Below are positions 1 through 14,398 of a stretch of 64,000 nucleotides of DNA, piece after piece. The stretch is from Chlorokybus atmophyticus (taxonomy: Eukaryota; Plantae; Mesostigma and Chlorokybus algae). Numbering within the stretch: position 1 is the stretch's first letter; the number at the start of each line of letters is the position of its first letter. The notes below the pieces were generated by a model. It was not told where the DNA came from and did no database searches. It saw nothing but the letters and a program-made list of their open reading frames with translations. The stretch lies in contig RHPI01000671.1 in NCBI GenBank assembly GCA_009103225.1, positions 65,531-129,530 of the forward strand, in the 5' to 3' direction. The position numbers and the translations under genes are program-made.

Positions 1-418
1 CAGTGCATATATCTGATGAACTGCGGCATACATGCGTCTCACATTATGCCACGTACACATGGCAGCATATTGCAGTCCCACCCACAGTCCCACCCACCCA
101 CCCACCCACCCAGAGCTTTGTTCGCCAAAGTGCATTGCACAGCGCGTTGAACTATATACACCAATCAGCACGCACCTCAGGCAAGAAGGCGCGACGTTTA
201 ATAACAGGTGGCAACATGCACCATTCACTGCTATGCAAAACAGTATGCACCGCACTCGGTGCCAACATGCAACCTGCGAGCCAGATAACAATACCAATAG
301 CTTCACCCCATAGCAAAAAGCTCCGGTTCAAAACCTGTACATACAGCGTGCAATGATGCCTGCCACATCACTATCAGACTGTCGTCTGCTCAACCGAAAA
401 AGAGGGGCCGCGACCACT

Positions 419-3400
419 TCAAGTCCTGTCCAACCCACCAAGAGCAAGGTACTTCAACTGCAATCAGACAAAACTTCGTTAGCAAACATACCATGACAAG
501 TACAACTACATGCGTGTCGTGACCAGCATTTCATTATCAGGCGCACACACTCGTTACCAACACCACTGCATCACCACTGCTCAAGCCAGCTGTACAGCTG
601 TGGACATATTCGCATTGATGCAAGCTGTTTGTCACGAGATCAGGTACTTGGTAGCAGCAGACAAAGACATGCGACTTGCAAGAAAAAAGTGCTTGACTTG
701 CAGGTGCTGAAGTCTCTCACCTCTAAGTACTCATCCAAGCCATATCTCGATCCCTCGCGACCCAAGCCCGACTCCTTGATCCCACCGAACGGGGCATTCG
801 CTGTCGATATCGCGGTTTCATTCAGTCCCACCATACCGTATTCTAACGATTCCGCCACTCGCCAGGCACGTGCGATGTTGCGTGTGTAGAAGTACGCAGC
901 CAGCCCGAACTCTGTATCATTCGCAAGGTGCACAGCCTCTTCTTCAGTCTGAAACTTGAACACCGGCGACACGGGGCCGAACACTTCTTCCTTGAACATG
1001 CGCATCTGTGTGGTCATGTTCTTTATGACTGTCGGGCTGTAAAACTGACCACCCAACTCGTGCCGCTCGCCACCCGTGACAACTTCAGCACCCTGATGGA
1101 AATGGCAAAAGGTCACAGCCAGCTCTCATAAGCGAGGAGGTGTTGCATGAGTACTACTAGATTACCTTTTCAACGGCGTCCTTGACAAAGCCTTCAACCT
1201 TGTTGACAGCCCGTTCATTGATCAGTGGGCCAACGAGCACATCCTGCTGAGTTCCTTCCCCAACCTTCAACTTGGAGACTCGCTCAGACAGCATACGCGT
1301 GAACTCATCATATACCCCTTCCGATTGCAAGCACGACATGAGAACGTTATCAGGCTGCCATATTTTCGTCCAATGTGATCAGCGCGCATACCTTCTTGAA
1401 CAAACATGCGGTTGATGGACACGCAAGTCTGTCCCGCATTACGGTACTTCGACGCAATGGCCCCCGTCACAGCTGCGTCCAGGTCGGCATCGTCAAACAC
1501 AATAAGAGGCGCATTGCCCCCCAGCTCCAAAGACACCTGACAACAGAAACAGGATGGTGTTACAGGCGCGCGAGTAAACGTTCCTTTTGCTAACTCATAG
1601 GCGTGGTGATGTTCTCCGTAAGGGGAGTTTACCTTCTTGACAGTACTGGCAGCACCAGCCATCAACTGCTTGCCGATCGCAGTAGAGCCTGTAAATGTAA
1701 TCTTGCGCACCTAAATAAGAGGACTTGGTGAGCTGAGTAGATACCGCTTCGCAATCATGCAAACAAGCATGCGTAAGCACACAGCATGTTAAGTAGCGAC
1801 AACAACCTTACCAATTCGCTGGAGATAAGCGTGTCGCCGATGGCCTTTGCTTCACCCACCACAACATTTAACACCCCCTGCACGCATACCCCATACATCA
1901 ACCACGCCATCAGTGCTGAACGCACTGCTCTTTGAAGCACAAAGAGGTGCCTTGCTGCTTACGGGAGGGATGCCGACGCGATCCGCCAGCTCCGCGCATG
2001 CCAGCGCTGTGAATGGCGTCTGCTCTGAAGGTTTCACCACAATTGTACACCCTGCAGCTAAGGCTGGCGCAACCTGAGCAACACAACATGGTATGATAAG
2101 CAGGATTGGCAACGAATCAATCACGAGCCCAAAACTTAACGCAACTCACGCATAGCTCACACGTCTAGCTTCAAGCACACAGCAATAATGCTAATTGATG
2201 CGCGCACGTACCTTCCGAGTGATCATCGCAATAGGGAAGTTCCATGGCGTGATGGCACCCACAACTCCAATAGGCTGCATACCAATGCAACAAATCATTC
2301 GAACTGATGCTCAATGCAGCCGCAAACAAACACTGCTGGCTGTGCCATTAAACAGCGCACCTGTTTGAGCACAAACACTTTGCGGTTCTTCACGTGCGGC
2401 TCTAAGATGTCCCCATATATGCGTTTGGCCTCTTCCGCATACCACTCGATGAAAGCAGCACCATATTCTACCTGCATGTCACGTGATGTTGTTGAGTCAA
2501 TGCCAATCACCATTCGCGCATAGACCAAACTCACCTCTCCTTTTGCTTCTGACAAGGGCTTGCCGCCTTCTTTTGTGATGATCAGGCCAATGTCATCCTT
2601 TGCATCCATCACGGCATCGTACCTGTAAAAGCGGTTAACTATTGCGGTGTCAGCACGCAAACAGCAGCATCACAACCATAAGCATGTGCATGTGAGTACG
2701 ACAAAACAACAACACATCCCAGTTAGCTGTGCTTACCATTTGCGCAGCAATCCTCCACGCTGGGCAGCAGTTAGCTCACGCCAGCCTGTCCATACATGCA
2801 ACAGTCAATCGGTGAATCCATCAGTACTGGTCGTGCACTTGACACCAACACTGTCATGCTGCAGAGAAATGGAGCATGCAAGCATGCTGCTTTCTATGAT
2901 GAACAAACCTGGCAAAGCGCGGTGGGCTGCTTCAATGGCTTTGTTTGTGTCCTCAGCGTTCATGCGCGGGACGTGCCCGACGACACTACCGTCTGCTGGG
3001 TTATGCACCTGTGACCACAGCACACATGCAAAGGTTTGCTTGCTGCTTGCTGACCTGTGTGCATGCTGGGAAATGCACCAAGTAATGTACGCATCTGCTC
3101 TCTTACCTCGTGGGTCTCTCCTGAAGAAGCAGGGACCCACTTTCCGTCAACGTAGCACAGCTCCTTGAACAAGCCGGGATCTTTGAGGCCCAGAGGGTTC
3201 GATGAAGCTGCTGCCGACGACCCCATTCGCGCCTGTGTTAGGCATATCAGCCCTACAATGGTGGTGGTTACATATGGGCATATGTGCTTGCAACATGCAA
3301 AGCACAGAACTCTAAAGCCTCAATCTGTACTGAAAGACAGGCAGTAACAATGCACAACGGTGCTGACTGGCCGTGCACAAATGCCAGACCTTTGAATTGA

Positions 3401-3818
3401 ATGTGAAACGGAATATGTAGTCAACTGCTCAACAAACAACAGACACAGAAGGAAACATTTGAAGCAGCGCATATGAGCAAGCAGGCTGGACTGGACTAAG
3501 CATACACGCGCTACAAGCATGCCTACCATGCTCTCACGTTGTGTGTTACAGTCGCAGTTGTTCACTGCAACATGCGGTGCACCCCAATCAACACATGCGT
3601 AACAGAGGCGAACCACTCACCAAAGCAAGGGCACAACGTAATCAAAAACTTCACGCAACACCCCAAAGTCAAGCTCGCAAGCTCATGCATGCACGCACCC
3701 TCACCCCGCCGTTGCTATGCTGCATGCCTCCTCCAGAGCGCGCTGCCCCCGGCGCCGCCGCAGCCTGCCACCAAGAAGCACGCACCACGACCCGGAAAGC
3801 ACCAGCAACCAACCTCAT
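419..3818 (-). CDS. SSADH: Succinate-semialdehyde dehydrogenase (ALDH5 family), probably mitochondrial, multi-exon
   Basis: Exons encode [51 protein letters not shown] (catalytic Glu), RNAGQTCV (catalytic Cys), EEVFGPV and [15 protein letters not shown]. The last exon (457-419) reads [12 protein letters not shown]-stop. ATG 3818 opens an Arg/Ala-rich presequence exon that joins exon 2 (3232) in phase. Confidence 0.95.
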
Positions 3819-4010
3819 GGCAACCACCATCCTCCACCTCCACCTCCTTCTCCGCCACGATGGGCAGGCGCAGACGCTGCTGGGATCTAACAGTGCTGAC
3901 GTTTACATGCAGATTGGCTCAGCTTCGGTTTCAGGATGCCTTTCATTTCAATTGCAAGCCCTAATTCAATGCAGCAGTGGTGGTGGTAGAGGTGTTGGTG
4001 GGCGTCGTGG

Positions 4011-5301
4011 ATGGCGGGTGCTGGGGCACTGTGGTGGTGCGGAGCGTTGAGGGTTGCTTCTAGCTGCCAGTTGCTCAAAGCTGCCTTGGTGCCGCGTGCG
4101 GCGTGTGGTGCAGGCAGCCAAGGGTTAAGTGGACGTGTGACAGCCGCTGCTAGCAGTAGTAGTTGCATTGGTGGGTTAGTCTCCTTGCCGCCCAGGTTAA
4201 GACCATGGTTTACATCGCCGCCGCCGCAGCAGACCAGCAGCAGGCCAATCAGCAGCAGGCCGCTTAGTACCAGGGCTCCCCTGCCCTCGCGAGCTGGTAA
4301 GTTGGGCGCTGTTGACGACGACGACGACGAGGACGATGATGACGGCGCTGCTGCTTATGACAAATTTACTCAGCCGCCTATTCCCCAAGTGCGAGAAGGT
4401 GTGCATTGCCAGTCAGTTGCACTTTCAATCAACTGATCAGATGATTTGAGACATTGTGATCCTACTCTGTGCGTTGGCGTGTGCGATGGTGCAAAAGCAA
4501 GTGCATGTCTAGGCAACTTACTTCTGTGGAAATTTTTGTCTGTTCATAACTGGTCCTCGTTTCATGGGTTGTAATTGTTAAGAAGGCATTTTGTCATTGT
4601 TGCTCATTCAGCACGCATTGATAGTGAGCTCTGCTGATGCAACAGACTATCTGACTATAAAATACGCGCGCAGTGGCGGTCCTGGCGGCCAGAACGTCAA
4701 CAAGGGTGAGTAGCCCAAGACTACACAAACTAGACTTAGGATGCCTTGGAGAGTACATCATAGGTGCTGACTGTTTTCTTGATGAAACAGTGAACACCAA
4801 AGTGGACATGCGGTTCAACGTGTTCGATGCGAACTGGTTGTCGGATGAAGTGAAGGAGAAGCTGCTGGAGCAAGAAAAGAACAGGATCAACTCTGAGGGA
4901 GAGATCGTCGTCACTTCAGAGCGCAACCGAACACAGAAAGCCAACCTTGAAGATGCGCTGGAAAAGTTGCAGGTGCTTTTGATTGCTGCGTGTGTGCCAT
5001 TAATATCATGAGTGTATACCTCGCAAACTAAACATGCATGTTCATGCAGGCCATGATTGACAAGGCTGCGTATGTCGCTCCACCTCCTCGGCCAGAGAAA
5101 GTGAAGCGCGTAAAGCAGCTGTACGTACACATTGATTGACACAGCATGTTGTTGGCTAAGTGTGAGTTGCAAACATAGCCACCTTGCAGATGGTGACGTT
5201 ACTGGCTTTGCAGGAAAAAAAAAGCAAACGAGAACAGGTTGGGACAGAAAAAGCAACATGCAGATAAGAAGAAAGAGCGGCGGGCAAAAATTGAGTGGTG
5301 A
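4011..5301 (+). CDS. ICT1: ICT1/ArfB-like peptidyl-tRNA hydrolase (GGQ ribosome-rescue factor), organelle-targeted
   Basis: Spliced YARSGGPGGQNVNKVNTKVDMRF...INSEGEIVVTSERNRTQKANLEDALEKLQ, a basic C-terminal tail (KKQHADKKKERRAKIEW-stop at 5299-5301) and an N-terminal transit-like peptide. Confidence 0.9.
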
Positions 5302-6038
5302 CAGGGTTCTGAAAAAGTCGCGCCAGCGATAGTTACCTCGTCTCATGCTGCAAGGCAACACGCACTTGTGCACAATCAATCAGCTTAGTCATAGGTAATC
5401 TGATAACTTCAGTTGTGCTATCGTAGACCATACCAAATTGTATCGCACTCAGTACAGGGGAGAAAGGGAGAGGGACAGGTCATTGCATTCCGATAACAAT
5501 ATGCTACCTCTTATTCCCAGTTCATGGCATTCATGCCTCAAATCATTGCAGTAGAGTTTCCAATAATGTCTTTGCCTCCATGTGAATATATGCAGCCTAA
5601 TGTGCAGGCTTGAGACTCACCCGCCTCATGCCATGCAGGTACCAGGTAATCTGACTCATGCATGACTGATGGGGTGGGCAGTAGAGTTGTTAGCGTGCAT
5701 TAGCTGATAGCCCGACGCTGGCATTCTTTTGGCACATAATGATGAGTGTATAGTGTGCAGAAGCATGTGGTATTGGGTATAAACTCTGTCCTTATGCACT
5801 ACCACTCATCAGCTTGATATGCACAAGCAGTAAAATGTACAGTTCATGACTGATGTCTCATAAGATCTAAAAAGTTTCAACCTGAATGGGCCACCTTAGG
5901 TGCGCCAAAAGCCCCCTGAGACTACATCTGCTTACTTTGCAGAACAGCGCTGTTGCTAGTGAAAGTGACGCTGGTATCTACTTTGCCGCAATGCACAGAA
6001 CAGCCCTGACATAGCTGATAAGAGAGTCACTTGGCGAG

Positions 6039-8036
6039 TCATATGTCTGTCATTAAGTGCCGAACAAGCTTCTCCGGCGAGTTGACATGCGGATACGGCC
6101 TCACGTTCTCCTTGTGGAAGCCGTGAGAGATGGCGAACCTGTACCCTTCCGCGCGCCTCAGCATCAACTCCACACCTTCCACCATCGAGCAGAGCCCGTC
6201 AGCCTGCCACAGCACCCAAAGTTAGCGAGTTGACTATCGCAAGGAGATGAGACACTCAGACAGTCAACAACAGATTGCGCATTGTTTGCAAACTCGCGCG
6301 AAGTGCCTGCGTCTTGCAAAGGTATGGTACTTGCCTTGAGGGTGAAATCGCGCTCGGCAGCGGCATAGTGTTCCCGCACGCTAGGCGGTGTCCAGTTGTG
6401 GTCGTGCGGTTTGGACGCTGGAGGAGAGGGTGACACATTGGCAGGGAGAAGCTCGCTTGCACTCGCCAGCCGCGCCTCGCACTCCGCTATCACTTTATCC
6501 CAGCTGCGCTCCTCCTCAACAAGCCTGTATAGCATTGTTTATTTTGACTGCGTGTGGCCTTCAATGTGATGTCAAAACACATAAATGATATGATGTATCG
6601 TCTTGCCTGTCACGAAGCTCGCGCAAATCCGACTTCTTTCGCTCCAGCTCAGGGTTACATTGCGCTGGCTCGCAGGACTCTGCTGGCTTCACTGCCTGCT
6701 GCTGCTGCTGCTGCTGCTGTTGTTTGCTCAGCGCTTCAGCCTTGCGCTTCTTATCCGCCTGAAAACAATGTGATGTTTCGCGACCGCTGACTTGCGCACA
6801 ACATAGGGCATAAGTCTCTGCTTGAGTTTCTTCAACATGCAGCAACGCGTGTGCATCTCACATAACAGTTCAGACTTCAAACCTTGGGTGCTGGAGTTTT
6901 AGCCAGCTGCTTCTTAGTCGTCAAGTCATCTATCTCTTGCATGAACCTCTGCAGCATATCCGCAGCTGCCACGTACAACACGTGTCAAATACACTGTCCA
7001 CGTCAGATTGATATCAACACCCACACCGAACGGTACCTGCGCTGGCAATTAAGGCATCCTCGTCGACAAACACACCCCGCACGGCCTGGATCTCCGCATT
7101 GCACACAAGCTTGCATAGCTGCGCAAGCCTGCATTGCACACATGTGTAACTTTCCATGTGATACTATCAGACTCACACACACGCGCGCACATACATACAA
7201 TAATTGCTTCCTGCCTGCGTGATTCGGCCACGTCTTGTCCCGAAGGCAGGCTCTCGTGGAACTCGAAGCTCTGAGCGTCGTTGGCAGTCAACTTGTAGTA
7301 CTCGAGAAAGGCAGGCATCTCTCTCGTTCTGCTGCTGCTGTGGTGCTGCTTGCGGGGACGGGAGCGGCCCTCTTGCGGCTGCAGACAAAGCATTGCAATG
7401 GTTTGTGAGACAGAAAAGTGTCATGATTACAAAGCACACTTGTGATAACACTGTTTGCCTGCCTTGTTATGTTATGGTGGTGATGATGTTGTGTGATGAC
7501 TACAGCATGACTGCATACTGCATTCTGTGTGCTGGCAGGCAAAGGGTAGGTCACAATCTGCTTCTCTTCTTGGAACAAGACTCAAGCGAAGGGCGGCACA
7601 CATAACACTAAAGACAAGGCAAGGGTTTTGAGCCGCACCTCATTGCCGCGCAGAGTGCCCGCCCAGTCTTTGGTGGTGGCGGACTTGCGCCGCTTGCGCC
7701 CTGTGCCAGACGTACACGTGCAAGTGAACGTGTGAATGAGAGTAAAAATGATCATGTGCGTGTCTCTTAAAACGTTTGGTGTGTTTACCATAATTCAGAC
7801 AGACGGACGCAAGCGCAAGCGGCATGTGATTCAACTGCTGCTGCTGCCCTGTGCACAAGCAGTGCAGAGAGTCTCTTACAGCAACCTACCACGTGCTGTT
7901 GGCAACGACCACCGTACATGCATGCTTGCACCAACCAGGACAAAAGGTAGGCAGCAAAATTGATCAACAGATAATCAATTCATAGTCCAAGACTACGCAC
8001 CGGGCCAGGCATACCTTGCGTGCCAGGCGTTCCCAT
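6039..8036 (-). CDS. DSN1: Probable kinetochore MIS12-complex subunit DSN1/Mis13-like protein
   Basis: N-terminal RKRRKS motif, coiled-coil NPELERKKSDLREL...RLVEEERSWDKVI, then FTLK|ADGLCSMVEGVELML and C-terminal SPEKLVRHL. This order resembles Dsn1/Mis13 family features. Recognised from memory of the family; no search was run. Confidence 0.55.
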
Positions 8037-8217
8037 GGCCAGGCGCCTGAAGGATTCCCCGCTTCGGCAAGCGGTGCCGGTTCTTTAACACTAACACAAA
8101 AACCCAACAGTCTTCTCCGCTTGAGCAGCAAGACTCTCCCCGCACCTACCAGCTGCCACGCGTCACGCGCTCGCCGCCGCCGCCGCCGCCGCCGGCTTAG
8201 AGCTGACTACAGAAGCC

Positions 8218-8246
8218 AACCGTTGAATCAGATTGAACTGTTTGAA
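8218..8246. promoter_or_regulatory. MSA-core (AACGG) and CHR-like (TTTGAA) motifs in the shared DSN1/NDUFAF7 promoter
   Basis: AACCGTTG at 8218-8225 (CAACGGTT on the DSN1 strand) and TTTGAA at 8241-8246. Such short motifs also occur by chance. Confidence 0.3.
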
Positions 8247-8365
8247 TCACGGTGAAATCCACACTAGTCTCGATGGCGAGTACTATCGGAGATATCTGCT
8301 CTGGCTAGGATATCTGTTCTGGCTTGCACTTGTGCGGGGCATTGGCGCTGTCACCAGCGTCGGAG

Positions 8366-11094
<2,729 letters not shown>

Positions 11095-12204
11095 GAGGTA
11101 GTGTTGTACAGCACATGTGGGTGGATGCGTGTGCGTTTTGTGATGTTGGTGCGAGGTGGTCGCTAGCTTATGTAGTGTAGTGGGGCTTTCTATGACGCAA
11201 ATTGAACCAAGTGCCAAATGTGCTCTAGTCAACCAGACTTTGTGTCATTGTTGCAGCCCTGTAGACAATTAGTCCACTCGATAATTGGCATGCTTATAAA
11301 AGTAGGTGCCAAATGGAAGAACGCCGCCTCTGCTGGGTGTCATGCCTAATATAAACTCACTGCCTCCATGTTGAGAAAGGTATTTTGACAATGACACGAG
11401 CAAGCACAAATGCACGAGTCCCAATGGTGGTGCACACAGGGTCTACCAAAGTACAAAAGGAGTATGCTGCCCACTTCGGCAAGGTTCTGATTGTGGCGCT
11501 GCTTTGGCAGGTGGGGCGCTTGTCTTGTCTTGCTCTGACCCTCCTAGTTGGGCGTGCTGCTGTTGGGCCCCAGTAACACGCCATTGTGGTTATTACCTTT
11601 GTTGTTCTTGCTGCCTGCTTGCTGCTACCAACGACTAACACTGCAAGTGGTGGTGGATAAGCAAATCCTACCGCTGTTGCTGCTAGTTGCACCTGTTGTA
11701 TGTCCACACATGCGTCACATCAGTGTTATTGCATATGCAGCTGTGCCAGCATGCATGGTGTGCCGACAACCAAAATGACATGCACAAACATAAACTCATC
11801 ACTCATTATATACTACGCTCTAGTAATATGTCTGCCTTCTACGCTACTTCTAGCCTGTGTAGCACTGACCTTGAACCATGTACTTGCTACAGACCCAGAT
11901 TCATCCACAGAAGGCAGTGTTGCTGCCGCAAGCCAGGTGATGACTTCACATAATATCACAAGGCAAGGTTATGTGCTGCTACAATTGTTCATAAGCAGCT
12001 GTGCTGCGGTCCAGCAACCACAACTGCTCGAAGTGCGCAAGTCATGCACTCTATGCGCATCAGGCATGAGAGCGTGCTAAATCCAAACCCAACGCGTGCA
12101 CTAATATGGCTGCGCAGTAACCCATGCATTTTGCACACATGTATGTTACAACTGTGGGCGCTCATACAGCATCTAATTGAGACACTGCACCACTTCACGC
12201 TCAG

Positions 12205-14055
12205 CTACCTTGCCTTCTTCTTGTGATGCTTTCGCTTGCGTTTGTGCTCTTGTGGCAACGAGTCCGACAACTTCCCTGCTCCCGTTCCATTCTGCAATGC
12301 TCTTGGCCGTGCTGTTTCCACAGGCTTGCGTATGCCTGCTTCCGGTGACGGTTGCACTGGCGCGTCGGGTTTGCTGGTTTGCAATGTTTGACTTTGGAGT
12401 TTACTTTCCCTAACCACAGCTTCATGCTTTCCCCTTGGCAATGCTTGTGGTGCCGCTCGCACTGGCGAGTTGGGTATGCTGCTTGTCAACTTGTGGTATT
12501 GGAGTTTAGCTGTCCTAAGCACAGTTTCATCCTTTCCCCTCTGTAGCTTCTGCCCTTTGCTATCATGGTTGGGTTTGCTGCTTTTCAGCTTGTGATTTTG
12601 GAAAAGATCTGTTCTGGTCCCAGCTTTGTACCTTTCCCTTGGCAGCTTCTGCGCTTTTCTGTCATGGTTGGTTGGGCTCGACAAGACGCCGTTCTTCTTA
12701 CTTGATCGCGGCGCGCTTGTTGTTGGCATGTCGTCATCTGCACTTGGCTCCTCATCACCCGTGCCCATAAAGAAATCATCCACGTCCTCTATGGCTTCAG
12801 CCACATCCTCGATATCCGGATCTGCGCACAGTTGCCACAGACTTTGAGCGGCAAATCTTGTCAAAGACAATACACTGAACTCAGAGTGAAGGGACACTCA
12901 CCAGCAGCTTTGCCCTCTGCAGCCTCGCGTGCGAGGTTGTCTTTGATGATCTGGCGAAGCTCTTGGCGACGGGCTTGAACGATTGGATCATCCGCACCCA
13001 CAAACAGCGAGACGTACTTCTCGGTCTTTGGAAAATGCTGAGATCGCAAATACGCCATCAGGTAACCGTTCCTTGACAAACATGCATCGATGGTATTTAC
13101 ACTCCATGTACACTGCATACATGTATACGACATTTCTGCTGTGCTATTGTACATAATGTAAGACACATTACCTGCAAATATTGCAAGTCCGCTAGTAGAG
13201 ACTCCAACTCTTGCTGCAGCTTTGCTGTATCATCATCTGAAGCAGGGCCTAAAGCGAGCTGCTTTTGCACCTGCTTAATGCGCCTTTCCAACTTGCGGCG
13301 CTCTGCAAACAGATGCATAACACCACCTCAGCACAATGTATGTAGTGGAAACAAAATGTGTCATCAAGTGGCCATGTGTTGTAAGTTGTAGCCTAAGACA
13401 GCGTACCGAAGAACTTTACTCTGTGGTAGCGGATGGCCATCTTGCGTTCAAGCTCTGATCGTGCATGCGCTGCATGCTCCTTTTTCAGTTGCTCCAGCCG
13501 CGCTTCTGTAGCCTTGCGAGCTGCTGGAGGAAGATCATCCTGCCCCGCAACTATATCGTAAACTAGTGCGGCTTGTATGGTACAATAACAGAGTGTTGCA
13601 AAGATTGACAGGGGTACGACTTGCTTTTAGAATACATAAACAGAAGTAGTCGAGCTGCTGTTACCGACTCATCAACCATGCAGTGGTGCAGTACCTAGTC
13701 ATTTCAACAACGACACCAGCAACGCATGCGCCAAGGAAGGTTGTTACCTTATGCAGCAATCGCTCGCATGATCGTATCTGGTTCTTCAACGACACTGGCT
13801 TCAAAGCTTTCTTTGCATTCTTCTTTATGCCACCCTGCAGCAGTAGGTGATGCTTTACGAGGGAAGCTGGTGTCATGTACTTGCTAGAAACTAACCATAT
13901 GGATTGTGTGTAGCTCTTAATCTGGTGTTGTAATCTCCTGCAATGCACATCCCCATGCCTCAACACCGCACCTTGGCTTGCAGCCTGCCGTCCTCGCCCT
14001 TCGGCTTCTCTCTCTTAGGGCCCCCGAGCAAATGTCTCCGAGCGGGCGGCGCCAT
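12205..14055 (-). CDS. EFG1: rRNA-processing protein Efg1 homologue
   Basis: SLKNQIRSCERLL, KMAIRYHRVKFFERRKLERRI, DLQYLQHFPKTEKYVSLF, DDFF motif and a C-terminal NLS-like KRKRKHHKKKAR. Confidence 0.9.
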
Positions 14056-14182
14056 GCTGTCGAGATGTATGCACCATGTAAGCCAAACAGCCCTACATAA
14101 CAACCCAACCAGGCAGTAAACCACAGCTCCGTCCCCTCCCCTCCCCCTCCCCCTCCCCTTCCCCTCCGCCGCTACCGCCGCC

Positions 14183-14191
14183 AAACCCTAA
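14183..14191 (+). promoter_or_regulatory. Telo-box (AAACCCTAA) in the EFG1/UBP14 shared promoter
   Basis: Exact AAACCCTAA about 130 bp upstream of the EFG1 ATG. Telo-boxes are typical of plant ribosome-biogenesis gene promoters. Confidence 0.55.
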
Positions 14192-14398
14192 TTTGCCTGT
14201 CAATACAATGCACATTGCCAGCGGAAACATAAACGGACTGCGAGAGGCCTAACTGTGGACCCGTTTCTGTGCCGTCAAACGTTCACCGTTAAACAGGCAT
14301 CGGCAGCTAACAGTATAACAGCGGCGCTAATCCGCAGGACAAGGAGGAGGCGGCGTAGGCGCCAGCTACGCCTGTGTTGCTGAGGTGGTCAGTAGGTC

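Noticed and set aside
11357-11778. Short overlapping ORFs between NDUFAF7 and EFG1
   Set aside because: No recognisable motifs or consistent splice structure; probably 3-prime UTR or intergenic.
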